Assembly (NCBI GenBank): GCA_027604505.1
Contig: JADIIX010000068.1
Span: forward strand, 1 to 64,000
DNA: 64,000 bases
Source: Gonapodya sp. JEL0774
Taxonomy: Eukaryota
Direction of reading: 5' to 3'
Below are positions 13,257 through 24,975 of the stretch, piece after piece. A model generated the notes under the pieces. It had not been told where the DNA came from. It did no database searches and saw only the letters and a program-made list of their open reading frames with translations. A program made the position numbers and the translations under genes. Position 1 is the first letter of the stretch, and each line of letters starts with the position of its first letter.

Positions 13257-15600
13257 TCAATCCGATTTTCCGACCCTCAACCCAACTCTTCCCACCCTTG
13301 GCCCTACTCCAGCCCCACCCCCGAACTTCCTCTCGATCGAAAAGGGCCTCCTCGTTTTGACTTTTCCTACGGCCACCTGTCTTGGTGGAGTGTCGGGAGC
13401 ATTGCAGTTGGTATGTAAAAGCGCAGGTGGGTGAGAGGGCTTGGGGCTGGATGTGCGATTTTGGACGTTGTTTGCAGGATCCAGCTGCCACTCACATCCC
13501 TTGTGAGTTCCCCACTCCTCTGCGGTAAGTTTCATGTTGACCTTCCCATTGTGAGCACATGTGACTCCAGACTCCACCTCCCCAACTTCCACCCACACCT
13601 TTGTAGCAGCCTGTTCCATTTCATTCACGATGCGCACCAGCTCAGCAATCTGATCGTTTCTTCTCTCCACATCTCTCTTCAACATGCTTCGCTCTCGCAC
13701 AAGCTCGGCAACGCGATCAGTCAAGGCAGCGTTCTGGGCCATGACTGAAGTCAAGGATGTGGAAAGGTGAGCAAGTGTTGACGATTGCGAAAATAGGGTG
13801 GACGACATGGACGAAAGCGTGGATGCGAACGAAGCCGTGGAGAAGTCTGGAGATACTGGGTCGCTCCTCACAACCGTATCTTCATTGTGTTCGGCCAAAT
13901 ATCTTGGGGAGACTGACTCGGGAGCTGGGTGGACAGCGGAATCGGTCGTTGCGTCTTGGTCGTTGGAGCAACGCTGAAGAACGTCCTCGGCAACATCCAG
14001 GGCCACGATTTCCATGCGTATGTGGGGTTGTGTGTCATTGGGGTGTGAGAGCGGTGTGTCGAGTAGCGTTTCCGGTAGCGCAAGGTCCACACTGGGGTTG
14101 ACGAGCTGGATGTCGCTGCTGTCCACCTGGTTGGTGATGTCCACACTGGGATTGACGACCCGCTGGATGTCGCTGCTGTCCGCGTGGTTAATGAAGTCCA
14201 AACTGGGGTTGACGACCTCCTGAATGTCGCTGGTGTTCGTCTGGTCGGTGATTTCATTGCTCGTTTCCGTGGACATCAGCATCAGATGGTGAGAGGAAGC
14301 TTCTGTGGAGAATGAGTGCTGGACGATGACGTATTCGACCTGATCGTTGGCAAGGACAACAGATGCGGTCAGCACATACTCCATCAACGCACTCCAAAAG
14401 AGCACAAATCAATGGCAAAATGTACAAAACCGCTCCGATGACAAATACACTATCTCATCTGCTACCCACCTCCATCATCTCCCGTAACCACCTCCAGTAT
14501 TCGGCCACCATGCCAACAAATGCTGCTAAGGCTGTTACGAGTCCCCACCGCATGCCCTCTGTTTCGAAACCAGCAGCCCATGCGAGAACGCGTACGATGG
14601 CGACGCCCAAGGCGCCGCCAAGTGAGGCTAGGGAGTTTGGGTAGAAGTGCGACGGGATCCCATTGTGTTGGCCATTGGTCGATGCCGGAATGGTAAAAGA
14701 AGGGAGGAAGCGGGAGAGATAGGTGATGAGGGCATCAAAAGTTGCCGAGAGGACCATGATGGGGTCTTCGCCGTAACTGTTCTCTGCCTGCCCGGAATCT
14801 GGCGAGCGCACTCCAGGTCCAAAGAGCCATGCTAACCCAAGTCTCCATCCTCCCACGGCCTCGATCGCCCAAATAGCGACTCCCAAGAATGGAATGGAGA
14901 GTTGAAGCGAGGGGGAGTTTTGGATGTCGATGGGGATGTGCAAGGCGGCGAGGAGGGGGAAGAGGATGGAGAGTACGAGCGCGGTAGCAATAGCGGCAAG
15001 GGAGGCGGTGAGAGGGAGCGTAGTGTTGGGCAAAAGTGTCTCTGGGAGAGTCACTTCGTAGGGTTTGGCGACAACATGGAGAATATCGACACTGTCAGGG
15101 AGGATGGAAGGACGGTCACTCGGCAACAGGTTCAGCAAAGAGATCAAAGATGCGGATGGAAAATTGAGGTGATCGGGGTGATCGGGGTCATTGAAGCAGG
15201 CCGATTTGTCGTCGAGGTTGGCTGTTGAGTGAACTTGGGACTGTAACAGAGTGGAGGCTGAATCGTCTGCACCAGTGTGGCTGCCTTTGGATACGCTGAG
15301 AGTGCTGTGCATGGTGGATGATCTTGACATATGGCCATGAAGCTGGGTTGGCGCTGTCTGGTCTTCTTTGAATTGATGGACTTCGTTGGATTCAATGGAT
15401 TCAGTGGATTCACAACTTAGCATCTCGTTGCTGTTTTTGATCTGAAGACTGGAGTTGGAAATGTCCCAATCTTGCGATTCGTCCCAGCCGTTGGCTCCGG
15501 GTGCGACTGGATGCGACAAGTTCATGAAGGCTTCGGCGTCGTTTGCGATCGGGGCCGCGAGGGATCGTTCCAGCGGGGACTCGACCGATGGAGTCGACAT
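13257..15600 (-). CDS. Hypothetical multi-pass membrane protein with internal repeats and C-terminal coiled coil
   Basis: Two long ORFs can be joined in phase 0 by a GT-AG intron (~14469-14341). The protein has about four hydrophobic segments, 3 x ~20-aa repeats and a heptad-like stretch (LTDRVAELVRERSMLKRDVERRNDQIAEL). Confidence 0.55.
14085..14252. repeat. Coding tandem repeat, ~3 copies of 57-60 bp
   Basis: GTCCACACTGGGGTTGACGA..GGATGTCGCTGCTGT recurs three times and encodes (SSDIQxVVNPSVD) on the minus strand. Confidence 0.85.
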
Positions 15601-16143
15601 AATTGTTTGCTTTGACAGTTCAATTAATCTTGGATTCAAGCGAATAAGCAGCTTGGAATGGGTTTTGTTGTTTGAAATCTGGATGCGAAGATGCGAAGGT
15701 CAGACACCACCACCAGGCAGCACTTATGTGGCACCGCCAGTGGGTAAAAAGAAGATGTGAATGGAGGCCCTATTCAAGTGCCAACAATCCTTTCAAGCAG
15801 TTTGGTTGTATGTAGCGGCCCTTGGCCATTGATCCCAAGTGACTCCCTCGAGAACACAACGAAAATTATGCGTGATATGTGTAAGATGACAGAAACGGAA
15901 CAGCGCAACAAAGGGCGAAAACCAGATACTGTGATGCAAAAATGCGCACGGGCCTGTGGGTGATCCAACCGAACTGCTGTGACCTCCAAAAACGTCTTTC
16001 CAACCAGACCAGGAAGGGGCCTGAAAATCTCATTTTCTTGAGTTCCTTTCCAGTATCCCTTTTGCATGAGAACGCGAACTGTGAACTGTTGCGGACGATA
16101 ATCGTCGGAACAATCGGCAAATTGAGAACCCATTCAGAAAATT

Positions 16144-17631
16144 ATGGCAGTAGGCGAAGGCGATGAGACTGCCGGTCATCTGTCAGTTATGGCAGCAGGC
16201 GAAGGCCATGAGTCTACTGGTCACAACGAATCTCCTCGATTTCCAATCCTCCCATTCGAACTCCTCCGCCCAATTCTAGCACAGCTTTCCACAAAAGATC
16301 TTTTCTATGTCGCGCCCCGGGTTTGTCGCGCTTGGCGATCAGCTGCTGGGACTATTGTTGATGCTCAGGGTCGTGTTCCATTTCTTGTGAATATCTCCGC
16401 CTTTTGGTTGGCGTTTGGAAAGAAAGGACGTTCCACGGTGCCTGTGAAGGTGGACAAAGGAAATTACCTCAACCCCAAAGTTCTCGTGTTTGATCATCCA
16501 AGGGCACTCATTGCTGGCGGAAGGCAATTCGTTGCAGTCGGGAGGGTTGTGGTTCATGTCTCAGTGAAGCATATCCAGAACGTATCCCAAGCTTTGCCAA
16601 GCGCAATCGCATCCACGTTTCCACGATCGCGAATGTTGGAGAGAGAAGTTTCGTGGGCGCTACACACCGTTCGCTTACTAGGGAAAGGTTCTGGTGGGCG
16701 CCCATGGGAATCAACGGACGTTACCACCATGGCGCAACTGGACGATTTCTTCCACACATACCGTCCCACTGTTTTTGAGATTCGGGGTTCTGGATACGTT
16801 GGTACACGAAAACAACTCTCCTTGGGCCGACCTTTTGACTGGGTCAAGGAGCTGACCTTCTCGCAACCAGACGCGATTCCAAAGCTCACGGGAGATGTAT
16901 TCGATCTCGCACATCACAGTTTTCCCAATGCTTGCCGACTCCACTTGGTAGACTTCCCCACTGGTGGCCACCACCTCACCAACGTTGTCATGCGTGCGGC
17001 GTCAATGTCGTTCCGATCGACGATCCAGGCTTTACAACTGAAACGGGTTTTTGGGACTTTCAATCGGACCGATAATGCTTTTGATCTTCACTTTGCATTC
17101 CCTAACTTGAAGGTGTTGGGTGAATTTTCCGTGTATGACTTGTTGAGCACAACTTTTGCCATGTGGAGAATCCCTCTGAATCGGCAAGCAAGATCACCAA
17201 TTTCTGACACAGTGCTCGAACTTGGTCCACATGGGCAAGACCAATTGAAATTCTTGCCTTGTCTTCCGCATCTGAAAGTGTTGCGGTGCGTTGGCGCGGA
17301 ATATGCTTTGAAGAGTCCACAGCATGCCCTTGGATTCGCACGATTTATCAACCATTTACTTCCTGACGTCAATGCACTCCATCTATTTTGGGTTGCATAC
17401 GACAGTCCTGCTTCGACACATGGAGACCAGGACAAACTTGCCAGGCAGCTTAATGCTGCTGATCACATCTTACATGAGTGTGCCGCACTGACTTTCGTGT
17501 TTGTGTTGTCTGGAGTGAAAGAATACCGGAGTAGATTGAGGAAGTGGGCGTCCAAGAGTCAGCAGCTATCTGGAAAACGGGTAGTTGTAAAAGAAGAGTG
17601 GAAGTTGTTTGATGATGAGGGTGAAACTTGA
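16144..17631 (+). CDS. F-box protein, intronless
   Basis: 495-aa ORF with N-terminal F-box ILPFELLRPILAQLSTKDLF..RVCRAWR, followed by a degenerate LRR-like region (FPNLKVL, LPHLKVL). Confidence 0.75.
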   Translation: MAVGEGDETAGHLSVMAAGEGHESTGHNESPRFPILPFELLRPILAQLSTKDLFYVAPRVCRAWRSAAGTIVDAQGRVPFLVNISAFWLAFGKKGRSTVPVKVDKGNYLNPKVLVFDHPRALIAGGRQFVAVGRVVVHVSVKHIQNVSQALPSAIASTFPRSRMLEREVSWALHTVRLLGKGSGGRPWESTDVTTMAQLDDFFHTYRPTVFEIRGSGYVGTRKQLSLGRPFDWVKELTFSQPDAIPKLTGDVFDLAHHSFPNACRLHLVDFPTGGHHLTNVVMRAASMSFRSTIQALQLKRVFGTFNRTDNAFDLHFAFPNLKVLGEFSVYDLLSTTFAMWRIPLNRQARSPISDTVLELGPHGQDQLKFLPCLPHLKVLRCVGAEYALKSPQHALGFARFINHLLPDVNALHLFWVAYDSPASTHGDQDKLARQLNAADHILHECAALTFVFVLSGVKEYRSRLRKWASKSQQLSGKRVVVKEEWKLFDDEGET

Positions 17632-17640
17632 CAGACACAC

Positions 17641-17737
17641 TGCACGGCTTCGTGTGAGTTTTAAAGAATTCCCCGATTCGTGGTTGCACGGCTTCGTGTG
17701 AGTTTTAAAGAATTCCCCGATTCGTGGTTGCACGGCT
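17641..17737. repeat. Perfect 44-bp tandem duplication (2.2 copies) just after the F-box stop codon
   Basis: TGCACGGCTTCGTGTGAGTTTTAAAGAATTCCCCGATTCGTGGT starts at 17641 and 17685, with a partial copy at 17729. Confidence 0.95.
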
Positions 17738-18010
17738 CTGACACACACAAGAAGTGATATGTAGCACAACCTGAATGAAATAATGATTTTGGACTGAGAC
17801 GGGTCAACTTCTGCGGAAATCGAGTTTCCCATTACATAAATTCTGTTAACCGCCTTTGAGATTCATGTTGCCTCCGTCGATTCGAAGCAATTCCAGAAAA
17901 CAGAGATTGACGTGTCTAGCCAGAGGGTATTGAGATGGCACTATATTAGAATGGGTAAGTTCCTACAACTGTCAAATGGGAAGCAGATGTTACAACGGAC
18001 TGTGTTGCCT

Positions 18011-18163
18011 GGAAAGGACAAAAGTCGCATGCGGCCGGATCCAAATCAAATTTTGACGTATTCTAATTTAAATCGGAAGGAGATTTTACACCGGATTTGA
18101 CCTTACCCCAGGAAAGGACAAAAGTTGCATACAGCTGGGTCCAATCAAATTTTCACGTATTCT
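18011..18163. repeat. Imperfect ~53-bp direct repeat, 100-bp period
   Basis: GGAAAGGACAAAAGT(C/T)GCAT...ATCAAATTTT(G/-/C)ACGTATTCT occurs at 18011 and 18111. Confidence 0.8.
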
Positions 18164-20510
18164 TCAAGAATGTAAGGTCACTCCGGGAAGAAAATGCATT
18201 TGCCTTTTACAAATCAACTACTAGATTGTGTTTGCTGTGGTCTGCTAGCCTTGAGCAGCATGCTGCGACTCCTGCACATGATAATAGATGCACCGAGTAT
18301 CATGTGCAGAGCGTGCTATGTCGACGTTAATGGTAATCAGATAGCGGAAATGTCTCAAAATACTTGTACACTATCGTTTGAACGAGATGGAGTGTGATGA
18401 TTTTGCAAAAATAAAAGAATGCGGAATCAGTGCGTTGTAGAGAGATTTGAAGCGTTTGTACTCCGCACAGGTGGATACTTGAACAGAATCTCCGCCTTTA
18501 TGACTTACCTTGTACTCTGATATAATTTGTACAGGATTTTGTCCAGAATTCGCTCCGCGCCAGCGAATTGAGCGATGTAGCCGCGCTTCTGTTGCCGCTC
18601 AGTCACGGTCCATAGAGGGGTCCCTGACTGCGGAGTTTCTCGAGCAGCTTTTCGCGAAAACCAGTTGACGCGCGATCGAAACAGCCAGAGCGGATTGCGA
18701 ATACCAATCCACCACGAATCAAAGTTGAAGGAAAACACCAAGATCTGAAGGGACAGTCTGCACACAGTTGGTCGTGTAAAGGTCTGTGTAACATGCTTTT
18801 GATGTGCAGGAAATGGCACCACGGTGGTTGTGGTTACAACTTCGTGAGCGGGTCAGGAACAAACAACTGTGATTGTGAGTTTGAGGGCTGGGCATGAAAG
18901 CGAAATGCGAGGTCTGCTCGACCAATATTCAATACCCCATTTGGACGACTGTGACATTCTTATTCTCTAACGCAAATACACCAATTGCATTCATCTTGAA
19001 CGGTTTTAGTTTCTTCAATCCAAACTGTTCAGAACTGGTGGATCGTGAGGATTGGCCCCGAATAGGACAATCTTGATTTTCTGGTCGGCGAAAACACTCT
19101 CACGTTTGTTCCCGCTCGGCTCCGGATAAAGGAAGCCAGGTAGAAGAGAGCGTGCCGAGCGAGGGACCAAGCGCAAGGCTTGGCCCTCCCTGCGACGCCA
19201 CTCCCATTCATACCAAATCCGGGGACGGTATCAACACGCGGCAGTGTCGACCGTGAATAGTACTTCAATCCGACGCTGATGCGCTGAGGAGCCTTGGAAG
19301 ACTGGGTTGTCGACGACAAAAGCGAGCAAAGAATCGAGAAGGCAAAGAAACTTGACTTATAGGACAGAAGAAAAGATAAGGCTCAGCATCCAGGGGACGT
19401 GAGGTACAGAAGTGGAGGGTTCGATGAGTCAAAAGTCCCCTCGCCTCGGAGCGTAAGCGCTCCATTATACTCTCCCGTCTCCATCATGGCGGCAGTATTG
19501 AATAAAAATCCATGCTCCCGTAAAGAGCCGGCTTGATTGCTGTCGCCGTAGCTCCCTTCCGGCAAACGCCATAGAGGGACCTACCTCGCTGCCACTCATC
19601 CACTCACCGTACGACAGTGAGAGTCCACTGATGGCACGTAGAGAACACGTTGTAGGTGATGGATGACGAAGGGAGGTGCTCTGTTGTGGAAGCAAGGGGA
19701 CGAACGAATGAGCCTTTATCAAGGACGGCGATGAATGAGAACATACCTGCTCCAGAGACCTCACACGTAGCCACAGAAGAGGACGACTCTCCTTTAAAAG
19801 ACTAGGTGAGTTGATGCGTCAGGGAGGCAGGCAGATCTGCAATATGGAACGCATTAACCGCGTTCCACCAGAACACGGACTAGGAGGGTAACGGCGAAAG
19901 AAGACGCGTCCAATCGGGAGCAACAACCGGCGGCAAGGGTGCTTGTTCCCAAATTCACGGTAGCTAACGCGTGGAAGTGGCGTCAGTGCACGAGAAATGT
20001 GTTTTGGTTGGTTGTGCTTGACCGACTCCACACAGGCGTTTTAAGAATCAATAAGCTACAGTAGGTACTAATTTTGCCTGTGTACCCACTGGTTCACAGT
20101 GACAATGTTTTAAATTCAAGCATACCAGAGAAAATGTTCATGCGTAGAATTAATATACATTTTGCCTTCGCAATGCAGTCGTTGGCATTTGTACCCACTA
20201 CCCACTAAATTCAAGTCCCCTGGATTACGTTTCAGATCAAAGAGCCTGGCTCTGCAGTGAAGTCGTTCGCCAATAGTGAAGCGTACTCTGCCCTTGCTGT
20301 TGGAGGAATATTTGCGATTTGGGAATTGCAAGGTTCAACAGGGCGCAACTAAGACCCATAAAAATAATGACATATATAAGGAGAAGCACATAAATGCATT
20401 AGAGCTTAGATAAGTGACTGTGGAGGTCATAAATATTGTTGGTGGAGAGCTGGTCAGGGACCGATCGTTTTCATGACGTGCTGCTGGTTTGGGACCCGAC
20501 GAGAACAGCA

Positions 20511-22722
20511 ATGTCGCGCAGAGAACGCGGCAATCACAAACGACAAGAGAAAGAAGAGAAAGACGAGGACGATGAGCACGTTCGAAGAGACGCAAAAGGA
20601 AATGCGAAGGCCGGAAGCAGAAAAGCAACGCGACTCGGGGAGAACTATGGCGACGATGAAGACGTAGACGCGGCAAAACAAGATGACGATGCTGACAGCA
20701 GCGCAGATCGGGACTGGGCATCGTCCTCGCTCGCGTCGGCCTCGGGGGGGTCGGGTAGCTCAATCTCATTGTCACTCGCTCAACTCCCAACTCTCACTGA
20801 TTCCCATCCCCCGGCACCCGCCTCGGCTTTCGCGCTCAAATCACGCGACGTGAACGCATGCTTGGCCGCCGAAAGGACGCAGCATAAGTTTGTAAAGTCC
20901 ATGGGGTGTGGTTGGGACGGGAGAGAAGAAATGGGGACAGGCAGACTCGGTAGAAGTTCTGGAAGTTGGAGTGGTTGGGGAGGCGTGGGTGGTAAAAACG
21001 ATTTGGGTGGTGAGACTCGCACCGACTCGACTCACCAACACGCGGCAGGACCCGCATCATCCACCGGCCACCCAGTCACCCTCGTCTCCGCATCTCCCTG
21101 GTACTCATTCGCAAAAGACTTGGACTCTACACAGCCGCTTTCGTTACTTGTCCCTCACCCGTCGGCCACTCATCCACTCAGTCGTCCCAACACAGATCCG
21201 CCCGCTACCCGCACCAAAGAAGTCCTCCCAGATGGCACCGTGCTCCAATGGGTGTGGCCCATTAGGTCACCTGACCTTTCGGACCGTGCGCCTTCCGAAT
21301 CATCGAAAACAACTACCCCCGTAACCACCATTCCACTCCACGACCCCCCTCCAACTCCTCGCCTACCGTCCCCCGAACCCTCCCTCCCCCTCCCCGATCC
21401 TCCTCCCTCACCACTTAAGCCCCCGCCTCCCCGTGCGCTCTCTGCCACGCAACTCAACCGTCGCATCGTGAAAGCCATGGGCGGCGTTCCTGGGACATTC
21501 CCGGGGGATCTGACCGCTGACACCAACACTGGCAAGGATACGGAGGAAACACAACCAAACACTGAGGGGCGCAAGCAGAGGCAGGTGAGTTGTGAACGGG
21601 CCTCGGTACAGAACTTTGCCGCCGGTTCAGTGGTGCTGTCTTTCGGAGTTTAGTATGAAACGGAGTTTTGTGGCATGATGTGTGAGACGTTGTGTTTTAT
21701 CCTGCGTCTATGCAACGTTTTATCGGTCCGTTTGATGTTCCTCTCTCACCTGTCCACCTCAATGTTCCCCCGGCGCCAAAAAGGCTCTCCTCGCATCTCT
21801 CCGTCCTTCAGACCCGTGCATATCCCCAACTCCTACAAGAACAGATCCTGACTTGACCCGCCCTCCGCCTCCTGCTGCCGCTTCTCGATTGCCCTCTTCT
21901 CCAACGGTACTCCACCAGCAACCTGCTCCCACTCCCATTCGCTCTCCATTGCCACCTCCGCCTGCTCCTGCACCCACATCTCCCTCCAAACCTCCCACAA
22001 CCTCGTCCGACCCCCCTCGCCGAATGTCCTGGGGCACTCCACCTCGCCCCATCGCCCTCCCTGTCCCCCTCTCCTTCTCTAAAATCCCGAACGCTGCCTC
22101 TTCGCACACTCGCCGAGACTCCACCTCGTCAACTCACTCCGCTACCACCTCGGCCTCGTCGTCGTCATCTTCCGCATCGCACACACGCACCCGAAGCGCG
22201 CATCAACACACGATTCCAAATCCCACTGTCTCGTGGACGGCGGGCGTTGGCGTTCGCGTGTTTCGCCCGCACACCTCGTCGGGCTCACCGTCCGCCTCGT
22301 CGTCCACCCCGTGGCCACCACTCGCTCACCACACCGCACCAGCCCGTGCGACGTCCGCCTCCGTACGAGCAACTCATTCGTCGTTTGCGGCCTCGTCCAC
22401 TGCCACCCAATCCGCATCCACGTCCACATCTCACTCACGCCACCGCTCCCACACTTCCCCTGCCCCCAGCCCCTCGAGTCCCATTGACTTGGACTCTGTA
22501 TCCTTCAAAGTGGACTGTTGGTTTGACAAACAAGTCGGTGAGCGGAGGGCGAGGCGGTGGAGTGGGAAGCGGGGCGGAAAGACGGCGGCGCCGGCAGCGG
22601 TGGTAGAGAGGGATGAGAAAGGGGTGGTGCTGCAACACAGGCAAAGCAGGGATGTGGTGGTCGATGATGGTGCGAGGGCCGTGAAAGGGGATAGTGGGAA
22701 GCATGGGGTGGGGGAGATGTGA
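20511..22722 (+). CDS. Hypothetical Ser/Pro-rich low-complexity protein
   Basis: ORFs 20436-21653 and 21853-22722 can be joined through a GTGAGT donor at ~21584 and an AG acceptor at ~21783. No domain was recognised. Confidence 0.5.
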
Positions 22723-22974
22723 GCATTGCTCGTTATGTCGTTGTTGATTCTGACAGGTATTTTCCGGAATCAAGATGACGCTCAGTTTGTGGGAATCGTA
22801 ATTTATGATCAAAGTTGTTTTCCGTCTTGAGTCTGGATCCGATGAGTATGTAACATTACCGCATGGCATGAGCAAAGATCATTGTAAATATTTATCAAAA
22901 CTGTGACGGAGGGCATTGTAAACCCACACTTATTACGTTATTAATGCTAATGCAAGATGTACCTTTCATCTGTG

Positions 22975-24770
22975 CTACTTCCCCTCCCCCCCGCCCGCCC
23001 CTTCTAGCTCGGGTGACCTCACTTCGCTCTCGGTCCGTCCCGTCGTAAGAGCCTGCGACGAGGGCCGCTCCGCACTCACCCCCGACCCTGCTGCAAAGCT
23101 CACCGTACTGGTCCTCCTGGTACCCCCCAAGTCGGGTAACGCCGCAGCCGAGATGGATGGCGAGGGCGACGTGGAGACCGAGGTGGCCACCACAGTGCGG
23201 TCCGTGGACGGTGTGCTGCCGTCGAGGGGCAGCTTGGTCTTGCTGCGGCTGTTGGTGAGAGATGAGGACAGGTGGTCAGAGGACGGGTCGCGCCCGGCAG
23301 CGGGGGCTGTCATCGTCGAGGGGCGGCGAGAGCGGTTGAGTGATTTCGCGGAGACGTCCAGGGAGTGTCGGTTGGCCGGAAGCCACGAGGCGGTGGTGTT
23401 TGATGGTGCAGCCGGAACGGATGTGTTGTGGCTGGGGAGATCCTGCGATATGGGCGGGGTGGGGGGCAAGACGTGGATGATACGGAGGAAACGGATAATT
23501 TGTGGCATGAAGAGCGCGCGAGAGGTCTCGGTAGTAAGAAAAAACACGAAGGCGCCTTTGAAGTGGATGGTACAACGAGTGAAGCAAGGAGTGGGAAATG
23601 TGTCGAGGTTGTACCTGGGAATCCATTGGGTATCACTAAAAACTCACCGATCCCAGTGACGGATGCGGGAAGAAGCGATCGCGCTAAAGCTACAGCAGTC
23701 TGAGGCACTTGATAAGTTGAAATGGCGTACCTCACATCGGGTACAACTTTCGTCACGGTTAGCGCATCGATGCAACCTCGCGGATGAAAATTCGATCTTC
23801 ACCTGTGGCCCCAACAAACAACACGTACAATAACGCCATTCCAAATAGTCGCAGCATAGATTGTAAAGTCGGTGAGATCACCAACCGCCACAACTCTGGA
23901 GGTAACTCTTGTGCGAACGTGCTTTGTCGCCGAGACGTACTGACAGCGATATTGTTCCGGGTTTGCTTGAGTGCGATGTGAGCTGCTCCCGAGAGGTGCA
24001 TCCGAGGAGAATTAGTCCATGGTGATTACGTTGACCTGTGTTGGAGTTACCCACTCGGCATTGCAAGCATCCCTATCGTCTGCACGAAATCGAGAACGAT
24101 CCGCACGTAAACTGCTCCGATCCGTGATGGCGTCTGATAACGCTCGTTTGTAAAACTGCAGTCTATTTCGGCTTCAGCTGTGGATCGAGCGTGACCCCAA
24201 AGGACGATCAAGGTTGCTAACACAACGATCCCGGCACAGAGTACGCGATCGGTCTCCGCTCGTGAATGTGTGTGGGATCCTGCCGATTCCAGATTAGATA
24301 CCGTGTACCATAAAATAAACACGGTGCAAAACAGTGAGAAGGTCTGCAATGTTCGCAGCTCATCGAGTTGGAAAGTGGCCTGGAAGTATTACTACAATCA
24401 GTTGACTGACCAGAAGCAGCCTTCCGAACTCAATGAGAGCCTCATCCACAACGCAAACGATCGCATTTGGACCCAATTCCTGTGAAACAACTTCTGAAAA
24501 ATCGAATCGCCGCAGGATAAAGACTGTTGGTAGCCGAAAGCAGGTATATATAATAAGACCACAGTCTCCAGTGAGGAACAGAATATTACTGGAAATTATC
24601 ACAGAAGATTAGCTGTGTATCGTTTCTTTTAGTAGGGAATTTTCATTAACTTACGACTTTTGCCGCCAATGCAACCGTAAGAGCAACAGTGAAGCGACAG
24701 CGGACAGAACCTGCAAAACGGCCAGGATCTGAAGCGTATGATTGCCGCCGACTGCAATCTGAGAAGACAT
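22975..24770 (-). CDS. Orphan multi-TM (GPCR-like topology) membrane protein, multi-exon
   Basis: Successive exons encode about seven hydrophobic helices (LQILAVLQVLSAVASLLLL; ILFLTGDCGLIIY; FSLFCTVFILWY; GIVVLATLIVLW; VRIVLDFVQTIGML; LFGMALLYVLFVG; LLPASVTGI|GAFVFFL), then a Ser/Thr-rich tail. Confidence 0.5.
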
Positions 24771-24975
24771 CAACAGCAGAAGACCCAGATGGTCTGGCTT
24801 GCGAGGGAATTGCAGATATGATCGGTGTCGAGCAGGCACTTCAGGCAGTTCCCACCAACATCATTTCGCATCGGTGTAGGTGCAGTTCACACAACGTCAC
24901 TGATCACTCTCCTTACATATCGCGTATCCCGCTATGCTTTCAACTATTTACAGTTATCGGTGGAGAAGAACGGGT

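Noticed and set aside
18430..20100. Short ORFs and possible exon remnants in the gene-poor interval
   Set aside because: No consistent reading frame or recognisable domain could be assembled.
23860..23920. F-box-like ELPPELWRLVI motif
   Set aside because: It lies internally, just before a TM helix of the multi-TM gene, and lacks the downstream F-box VCRxW element.
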